From contig NC_016012.1 of NCBI RefSeq assembly GCF_000283555.1, positions 750,001-782,000 of the forward strand: a stretch of DNA of 32,000 bases. Direction: 5' to 3'. Shown here one piece after another: positions 26,567 through 32,000 of the stretch. The translations under genes were made by a program, and so were the position numbers. This DNA comes from Candidatus Arthromitus sp. SFB-rat-Yit. GTDB lineage: Bacteria; Bacillota; Clostridia; Clostridiales; Clostridiaceae. Under the pieces are notes generated by a model. It saw nothing but the letters and a program-made list of their open reading frames with translations. It searched no databases and was not told the origin of the DNA. Each line of letters opens with the position of its first letter. Position 1 is the stretch's first letter.

Positions 26567-27655
26567 TTAATCTTTTATTGGTTCTTTTTTAACTATTGTG
26601 TTCTTATCATTAAATTTTAAAAATTCACAAATATAATCAACTAATTTGTTTAATCTTTCAACATCAATATTATTTTCAACAGTATCGCTAGTTTGATGAA
26701 TCATATTTTTATATATAGTATCAAATAAAGCAATTGTTTGCATTCCATTTTTTTCAAATACTACTTGATCACTAGTATAATATTTAATTTCTGTATCCTT
26801 TTTAATTTTTTCATCTAATGTGTCCATATATTTAAAAATTAAAGATGATAATTCTGGTGACCTTTTATCATTGCTGTAAACAATGAGGGGAGATCCATTT
26901 TTTATACCAATACAATCCATGTTTATATTGTAAATATTTTCATATCTATCTTTTATATCGTTAACTAATGCTATTGATCCAACGTATCCTAATTCTTCAT
27001 GATTAACAGCTGCTATTATTATATCAGTTTCAAATGGAGTTTCTTTTGAGATTTCCTTTAATTTATACGCTATTCTTAAAAGTGCCGCTGTACCAGAAGC
27101 GTTATCTACAGCTCCAGGATAAATAGCATCTTTGTTTTTTGATGTTTGACCAATACCGATTCCTACATGGTCAAAATGTGCTGTAATTACAACTGCCTTG
27201 CTTTTTTCATTATGTTTTGTACCTTTAATTAATCCGATAACATTACTCTTTTCACCATCTGGATCAAGAATACTATCATCAAGAGTTGTTGTGAATTTGT
27301 ATTTATGTAAATATGTATCTTTAAACAAATAATCAAGACCTATATTTGAAAATTGAGAGTTTAAATACTCAACGGTTTTGTCATTTCCATCGGTATCACT
27401 TCCTCTTCCTTTAAAATCCTCAGAAGTTAAAATTTGAAGTATTTTTTCTGTTCCATCAATTAAATCTAAATTTTGAGTTGGAGCATTATTTGTTTCATTA
27501 AATTCATTTTTTAATTGTGTAACTTTTGAATAAGTCATAGCATCCTTATAAAGTTCATTAAGAGTGGCATTATCACTATTTTTCACACAAGAGCTTACAC
27601 TAAATAAAATTACAAAAGCCAGTAATAAAAGTTTTACACGTTTAAATAAATTCAT
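26567..27655 (-). CDS. M28-family zinc aminopeptidase, predicted lipoprotein
   Basis: Signal/lipobox MNLFKRVKLLLLAFVILFSVSSC. M28 metal-ligand context (ITAHFDHVG, GAVDNASG, NHEELGYVGS, NMDCIG). Start ATG 27655; the SD GGAGG is 14 nt upstream (long spacing), so the start has moderate confidence. Confidence 0.8.
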   Translation of the reverse strand: MNLFKRVKLLLLAFVILFSVSSCVKNSDNATLNELYKDAMTYSKVTQLKNEFNETNNAPTQNLDLIDGTEKILQILTSEDFKGRGSDTDGNDKTVEYLNSQFSNIGLDYLFKDTYLHKYKFTTTLDDSILDPDGEKSNVIGLIKGTKHNEKSKAVVITAHFDHVGIGIGQTSKNKDAIYPGAVDNASGTAALLRIAYKLKEISKETPFETDIIIAAVNHEELGYVGSIALVNDIKDRYENIYNINMDCIGIKNGSPLIVYSNDKRSPELSSLIFKYMDTLDEKIKKDTEIKYYTSDQVVFEKNGMQTIALFDTIYKNMIHQTSDTVENNIDVERLNKLVDYICEFLKFNDKNTIVKKEPIKD

Positions 27656-27709
27656 ATTTTTAAACTCTACCTCCAAAAATTTTTAACTATATACAGTATA
27701 ACAATTTTG

Positions 27710-28225
27710 TTAATCGATTCCAAACTCTTTTGCATATTTTATAGTTCCACAAACATTATCTTTTATATTTTTGTTTATCTTATAAGCCATAAAATTTTCA
27801 TCTGGAACATCGAAAGATGCTTTTATTCCAAATTTGATTGCTGGTAAATATCCTGCTTTAGGATAATATTTTTCACTTCCTACAACCACTGAATATGTAT
27901 AACCTAATTTTTTTGCGATACTATGTCCTTCTTTAATTAAAGCTAACCCTATTCCTCGGTTTTGCTTTTCAGGTAGAACTGATAAAGGAGCTAAAACTAA
28001 AACGGTATTACCATTAATTTCAGCTTTTGTAAACATTATATGTCCTACAATTTCCCCATCTATTTCACAAACTAATGAAAGCTCAGGTATAAATGATTTT
28101 CCTTTTCGAAGTTTATTTACCAATTCATGTTCATTACCATCGGAATGCTCGGCATTTTCAAAAGCAATTTTAACTAGAGAATATATTTCTTCAAAATCAC
28201 AAATCTCTTCCTTACGTATGATCAT
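27710..28225 (-). CDS. GNAT-family N-acetyltransferase (YhbS-like)
   Basis: 171 aa with acetyl-CoA motif QNRGIGLALIKEG. The overall layout matches small YhbS-type GNATs. Its ATG overlaps the hsdS stop (ATGA), and the SD AGAGGTG lies inside the hsdS 3' end. Confidence 0.85.
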   Translation of the reverse strand: MIIRKEEICDFEEIYSLVKIAFENAEHSDGNEHELVNKLRKGKSFIPELSLVCEIDGEIVGHIMFTKAEINGNTVLVLAPLSVLPEKQNRGIGLALIKEGHSIAKKLGYTYSVVVGSEKYYPKAGYLPAIKFGIKASFDVPDENFMAYKINKNIKDNVCGTIKYAKEFGID

Positions 28226-29397
28226 AACACACCTCTTTCTTTAAAAGTCAAAAGCTTATCTCTATAATATTCGTATTGTTTCTTCCTGGCTTCAATTTCT
28301 GCAGGAAGTCCTTCAGTTAAATCGTTACAAAGCTTGTCAAATCTATCTAATATATTAATAATTTTTTGTTGTTTTTCAATACTAGGAATACTTATCATAT
28401 ATTTCTTAACTAATGTATCTGTTATAGATGGATAACTTGCACCTTGTTGAAATTTTTCAACGTAAATTTGAAATCTCTTAGCCGACAAATTATAATATAA
28501 CCATTTAGATAATAAAAATTTGGTATCTGCACGCAAAACACAGTATCCAGTACTACATATTTGATTATCTAATGATTCAGGAATTATTGCCAATCTCATT
28601 TGAGTTGGTCTAGTTGTACCAAATATAACATCATTTATTTTAACTTGTTGTTGTGCCCTACTTGGATGATCATCAACATTAATAATAACCGTGTTATTTA
28701 TAGAACTATTTTTAATATTAACGGAAGATAAGTCTATATAATTCCAATTTTCAAATTGAGAAACCGTATTCCAATTTATATTAATTACTTTCTTAATAAC
28801 CTTATTAATTTCAATCATCTCTGAATCTTTTTCAACATCATTTAGCAATCTATCTCTATAATACTCATACTGTTTCCTTCTTGCTGTAAGCTCAGTCTTA
28901 AGATTTTCTATAAGTTCTGTTGTAAACTCTGTAAACGAATCTAAAATATGTACAATCTCTTCTTGAAGCTCTAACGGTGGTATTGGAATCTTAAATTTCC
29001 CAATATCAGAAATATAAACATGAGGAATTCCTGCTCCTTTTTTTGTTGAATATATCTTATCTTGCATGTTTGACAAACAATAATAAACATATTTTGTTAA
29101 AATCTTATCATTTGTTTTTATTGAAAAGGCATCACATACAAAAATGGGTTCATTCCAATATTGAACATATCCTGCACCTGCTCCACTTCCCGCTACAGTT
29201 ATAGTTTCATCTGTTCTATTAAACATATCACAATAAAAAGCTGGTTCACGTCCTCCAGAAATAACAGGATAATTTCCCTCTCTTGCATCTTTTTTACTTA
29301 AAGATTTGCCTTTTTGCATTTGTGTACAATCTAATATTGTTTGATATTCCACCCCATCAGGACAAAGTTCTTTTATCAATTTATCAAGTTTGCCCAT
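28222..29397 (-). CDS. hsdS: Type I restriction-modification specificity subunit (HsdS), full length, solitary
   Basis: Two target-recognition domains (GNYPVISGG...VAGSGAGAGYVQYW; PSRAQQQVKINDVIFGTTRP...STGYCVLR). They are separated and followed by the conserved repeats LELQEEIVHILD...ARRKQYEYYRDRLL and IEKQQKIINILD...ARKKQYEYYRDKLL. No hsdM or hsdR in the window. ATG 29397 has no obvious SD. Confidence 0.9.
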   Translation of the reverse strand: MGKLDKLIKELCPDGVEYQTILDCTQMQKGKSLSKKDAREGNYPVISGGREPAFYCDMFNRTDETITVAGSGAGAGYVQYWNEPIFVCDAFSIKTNDKILTKYVYYCLSNMQDKIYSTKKGAGIPHVYISDIGKFKIPIPPLELQEEIVHILDSFTEFTTELIENLKTELTARRKQYEYYRDRLLNDVEKDSEMIEINKVIKKVININWNTVSQFENWNYIDLSSVNIKNSSINNTVIINVDDHPSRAQQQVKINDVIFGTTRPTQMRLAIIPESLDNQICSTGYCVLRADTKFLLSKWLYYNLSAKRFQIYVEKFQQGASYPSITDTLVKKYMISIPSIEKQQKIINILDRFDKLCNDLTEGLPAEIEARKKQYEYYRDKLLTFKERGVL

Positions 29398-29467
29398 ATA
29401 TAAAACCACGTCATTTCTACATAAATTTTAAAATCTCATAAATCTAAATCTCTTATATTACAAATTT

Positions 29468-29496
29468 ATAATAGAACATATGTTATTACAATTCAA
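29468..29496 (-). promoter_or_regulatory. Candidate sigmaA promoter for hsdS-GNAT(-M28)
   Basis: On the minus strand: TTGAAT (29496-29491), 17-nt spacer, TATTAT (29473-29468). About 70 nt of leader precede the hsdS ATG. Confidence 0.45.
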
Positions 29497-29510
29497 CTCT
29501 TCCAAACCAA

Positions 29511-29557
29511 ATAAAATAATAAAGACTTCCGATAATATTAAATACATCGAAAGTCTT
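29511..29557 (-). terminator. Terminator of the amidase gene
   Basis: Minus-strand RNA: AAGACUUUCGAU-12 nt loop-AUCGGAAGUCUU (12 bp including one G.U; + arms at 29522-29533 and 29546-29557), followed by UAUUAUUUUAU. Confidence 0.7.
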
Positions 29558-29569
29558 CTTTATCAACTC

Positions 29570-30226
29570 TTATTTCAAATATATATTTTTAAATTCATCG
29601 CTATCAGCCATATATTTTAACATATCACCATAACTCAAACCATTTTTCAATTTATTGTTCCAATATTTCAGACCCTCATCATCTGGCTCTCGCTTAAATA
29701 AATTTTCATACAATAACTTTATAAATTTTGTATAATCATTCATGTCTTGTATATCCTTTTTTAACTGTTTCCAATTTTCCCAATCGTTGTCTTTCATTGA
29801 AAATGGACATATTTTTCTACTGGCATCGTAATGTCTTACAACATAATCAATCGAAATATTTTGTTTGTCCATTTCATACTTGATCAATTTAAGCGTGTTG
29901 TTATACATCTTTTTGTAATCGCCATCAGAATTAACACACATTTCTATTCCAATGCTATTTTCATTTGTAATTCCATATCGTCCATGACCATCTCCACAAT
30001 GAAAAGATTTATCTGAATCTTTAACAATCCTCAAAATTTGAATATCATCTACAAAATAATGAGCAGATGCCCCTATATCTCCTGAATTAAAATAATTGTA
30101 ATGAGCCTCAGCATTCGCACCAATGTCAGTATTATTTGTATCGTGTATAACCAGATATTTAATCTTTTCTCCATTTCTCGAAGAAAAATTATATTTAATC
30201 AACTTTTCGTTAATCTTGATTTCCAT
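29570..30226 (-). CDS. N-acetylmuramoyl-L-alanine amidase (Amidase_2/PGRP type) fused to a C-terminal DUF4214-like module; no signal peptide
   Basis: Zn-ligand pattern of T7-lysozyme-type amidases (VIHDT...; RHYDASRKICP gives H-x7-C). C-terminal FKREPDDEGLKYWNNKLKNGLSYGDMLKYMADSDEF. SD AAAGGA 9 nt upstream. Confidence 0.85.
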   Translation of the reverse strand: MEIKINEKLIKYNFSSRNGEKIKYLVIHDTNNTDIGANAEAHYNYFNSGDIGASAHYFVDDIQILRIVKDSDKSFHCGDGHGRYGITNENSIGIEMCVNSDGDYKKMYNNTLKLIKYEMDKQNISIDYVVRHYDASRKICPFSMKDNDWENWKQLKKDIQDMNDYTKFIKLLYENLFKREPDDEGLKYWNNKLKNGLSYGDMLKYMADSDEFKNIYLK

Positions 30227-30258
30227 GGTAACTCATCCTTTGATTAATTTTTAATTGA

Positions 30259-30286
30259 TACTATATGCAATATTTCAAAATATGGT
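30259..30286 (-). promoter_or_regulatory. SigmaK-like promoter candidate upstream of the amidase
   Basis: The minus strand reads AC (30286-30285), 17 nt, CATAtagTA (30267-30259). This matches the Bacillus sigmaK pattern AC-N17-CATANNNTA. The sequence is AT-rich, so a chance match is possible. Confidence 0.3.
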
Positions 30287-30289
30287 TAC

Positions 30290-30320
30290 AAAAAAACTTA
30301 AGAGATATAATCCCTTAAGT
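30290..30320 (-). terminator. Terminator of the pst-phoU operon
   Basis: Stem ACTTAAG (30296-30302) / CTTAAGT (30314-30320). The A-run at 30290-30295 gives a U-tract on the minus strand. Lies 15 nt after the phoU stop. Confidence 0.7.
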
Positions 30321-30334
30321 TCTCAAAATCAAAT

Positions 30335-30991
30335 TTAATTATTTAACTTCCTTTTAAAAAATTCACCAGATTTTAAATACATAATATTTTCGCAAATATT
30401 ATTTATATGGTCACCAGCTCTCTCATAATATTTGATCACAAATAATGTTTGAACAGCTATATTATTTGAAATTTTCCCAGAATTCATTTTCTCCATAATA
30501 TTTGAAAAAACCTTAGTATACTCATTATCAATCAATTCATCACTCTCATATATTTCAATAGCCTTTTTCTTGTTGTTATCAATATAGGCCTGAACAACTT
30601 CTCTAACCATTTTTTTAATCGCATTGGAAAAATAATCTGATATTTCAGAATCAATACTTTCATTTTCAGGTATATACATAGATACTTTTGCAAGATCTAC
30701 AGCATAATCTCCTATACGCTCCAAATCTTGAATTATTTTTATTGTTGTAAACAATCTTCTCAAATCACTCGCAAGTGGATTTTGAGTAGCAATAAGTTTT
30801 AAACATTTATATTCCATTTCCTCTTTAAGAAAATCTATATTATCATCATTTTCAATAATTAATTTCGCCAATTCAGTGTCTTTAGTCCTTAAAACCTTTT
30901 CTGATTTTTCAAACTGATCTATAACAAGATTGCCTAATTTCAATAAAGATTCATTTAATTCATCTAACACTTTTCTAAATTTTATACGCAT
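30335..30991 (-). CDS. phoU: Phosphate-transport regulator PhoU
   Basis: 218 aa with two PhoU repeats (DLERIGDYAVDLAK; YYERAGDHINNICE). Lies directly downstream of pstB. SD AGGAGG. Confidence 0.93.
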   Translation of the reverse strand: MRIKFRKVLDELNESLLKLGNLVIDQFEKSEKVLRTKDTELAKLIIENDDNIDFLKEEMEYKCLKLIATQNPLASDLRRLFTTIKIIQDLERIGDYAVDLAKVSMYIPENESIDSEISDYFSNAIKKMVREVVQAYIDNNKKKAIEIYESDELIDNEYTKVFSNIMEKMNSGKISNNIAVQTLFVIKYYERAGDHINNICENIMYLKSGEFFKRKLNN

Positions 30992-31009
30992 TACAATCCT
31001 CCTAAAATT

Positions 31010-31762
31010 CTATCCAAACCTTCCTGTAATATAGTCCTCTGTAAGCTTATTCGCTGGATTTTGAAATATTTTTTCAGTTCTATCCATTTCTTCAAGTTTA
31101 CCATTTAAGAAAAATGCTGTGTAATCAGAAATTCTTCCCGCTTGTTGCATATTATGAGTAACTATTACAATAGTATATTTCTTTCTAAGTTTTACCAATA
31201 ATTCCTCTATTTTTATGGTAGAAATTGGATCTAATGCAGAAGTAGGTTCATCCATTAAAATTATTTTGGGTTGAGTTGCTAAACATCTTGCAATACACAA
31301 TCTTTGTTGTTGACCTCCAGATAAATTATAAGCACTTTTTTTCAAATCATCTTTAACTTCATCCCAAAGGGCAACATCTTTCAAAGTAGTTTCAACAAGT
31401 TCATCTAAAATATTTTTATCTTTTATTCCATAATTTCTTGGAGCAAAGACTATATTATCATAAATAGATTTAGGAAATGGATTTGGCTTTTGAAAAACTA
31501 ACCCAACTTCTTTTCGAAGTAGCACAACATCTTGCTCTTTTATATCCTTACCATCTAAGAGTATCTTGCCTGTATATCTAGAGTAATCAAACATTTCATT
31601 CATTCTATTTAAATTTCTTAAAAATGTAGATTTACCACATCCAGAAGGTCCAATAAGAGCTGTAACTTTATTTTCATATATGTCGATATTTATGTTGAAC
31701 AAAGTTTGCTTTTCTCCGTAAAAGAAATTTAAATCTTCAACTTTTATAATAACTTTTTTCAT
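31010..31762 (-). CDS. pstB: Phosphate ABC transporter ATP-binding protein
   Basis: [34 protein letters not shown], and the PstB-typical C-terminus ([10 protein letters not shown]). Confidence 0.96.
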   Translation of the reverse strand: MKKVIIKVEDLNFFYGEKQTLFNINIDIYENKVTALIGPSGCGKSTFLRNLNRMNEMFDYSRYTGKILLDGKDIKEQDVVLLRKEVGLVFQKPNPFPKSIYDNIVFAPRNYGIKDKNILDELVETTLKDVALWDEVKDDLKKSAYNLSGGQQQRLCIARCLATQPKIILMDEPTSALDPISTIKIEELLVKLRKKYTIVIVTHNMQQAGRISDYTAFFLNGKLEEMDRTEKIFQNPANKLTEDYITGRFG

Positions 31763-31783
31763 TAAATACTAACCACCGATCTG

Positions 31784-32000
31784 TTAATCATATTTTTTCT
31801 CAAATTTTTTCCTTATAATGATTGCCGCGATATTAAATATCAAAACTATCAACAGTAAAATAATTATTCCTGATGATGCCAATTGTTGGAATTCTGGCTC
31901 TGGTCTTGAAGTCCAATTATATATTTGTATAGGCAATACCGTAAATCCATCAAACAAACTTAAAGGGACAAATCTTATAAATGTTGCAGCTCCAACAACA
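31784..32000 (-). CDS. pstA: Phosphate ABC transporter permease, 3' end (partial, continues off the right edge)
   Basis: The minus-strand frame is open from the window end to TAA at 31786-31784. It translates to ...GAATFIRFVPLSLFDGFTVLPIQIYNWTSRPEPEFQQLASSGIIILLLIVLIFNIAAIIIRKKFEKKYD*, a hydrophobic permease C-terminus upstream of pstB. Confidence 0.8.
   Translation of the reverse strand, partial: VVGAATFIRFVPLSLFDGFTVLPIQIYNWTSRPEPEFQQLASSGIIILLLIVLIFNIAAIIIRKKFEKKYD

Noticed and set aside
27710-28225. GNAT as a toxin of a GNAT/RHH-type toxin-antitoxin pair
   Set aside because: No small antitoxin-like (RHH/DUF1778-type) ORF is adjacent. The sequence layout looks like housekeeping YhbS-type acetyltransferases.
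28240-28900. Direct repeats inside hsdS (~30 nt around ...TATCTCTATAATA.TC.TA.TGTTT...) considered as a recombination shufflon
   Set aside because: These are the two canonical conserved regions of every HsdS (KQYEYYRD). There is no second or inverted partial hsdS, and no recombinase in the window.
29570-30226. Amidase as evidence of a prophage
   Set aside because: No holin, structural, replication or integrase genes lie on either side, and the flanks are the pst-phoU operon and hsdS. One lysin gene alone does not define a prophage.

Overview
AT-rich, about 90% coding chromosomal segment of a spore-forming low-GC Firmicute, Clostridium-like (spoIVA present; der-gpsA-spoIVA order as in Bacillus and Clostridium). 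Almost all genes are on the minus strand.

Positions 851-19342 form a coherent host N-glycan (high-mannose) foraging locus:
- a surface-lipoprotein GH85 endo-beta-N-acetylglucosaminidase with PKD and F5/8-type-C (CBM32-like) modules
- a CUT1 ABC importer: large lipoprotein binding protein, two permeases and its own MsmX/MalK-type ATPase
- cytoplasmic GH38, GH125 and GH31 enzymes, and a ROK kinase
- a YesL-like membrane protein and an unassigned 169-aa membrane protein
- an AraC-type response regulator with no partner histidine kinase

The right third is housekeeping (pdxS-pdxT, spoIVA, gpsA, der, phoU-pstB-pstA') interspersed with small accessory genes:
- a secreted DUF4214 protein with a Pro/Thr linker
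- a 65-aa two-TM peptide behind a near-consensus promoter
- an M28 lipoprotein peptidase and a YhbS-like GNAT
- a solitary type I R-M specificity gene (hsdS) translationally coupled to the GNAT
- a leaderless Amidase_2-DUF4214 lysin

The extreme left edge carries the 3' end of a GC-richer gene containing a C12 homopolymer.

I see no rRNA, tRNA, CRISPR array, transposase or integrase. Many ORF-track N-termini are over-extended, starting at a TTG or GTG inside the Shine-Dalgarno sequence; I corrected them.

I do not see a convincing, wholly new multi-gene system. The best leads are the orphan hsdS-GNAT unit, the leaderless amidase-DUF4214 with a sigmaK-like promoter, the C12 tract gene at the edge, the kinase-less regulator, and the unassigned membrane protein inside the transporter operon. 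All family calls rest on motif recognition by eye, not on searches.
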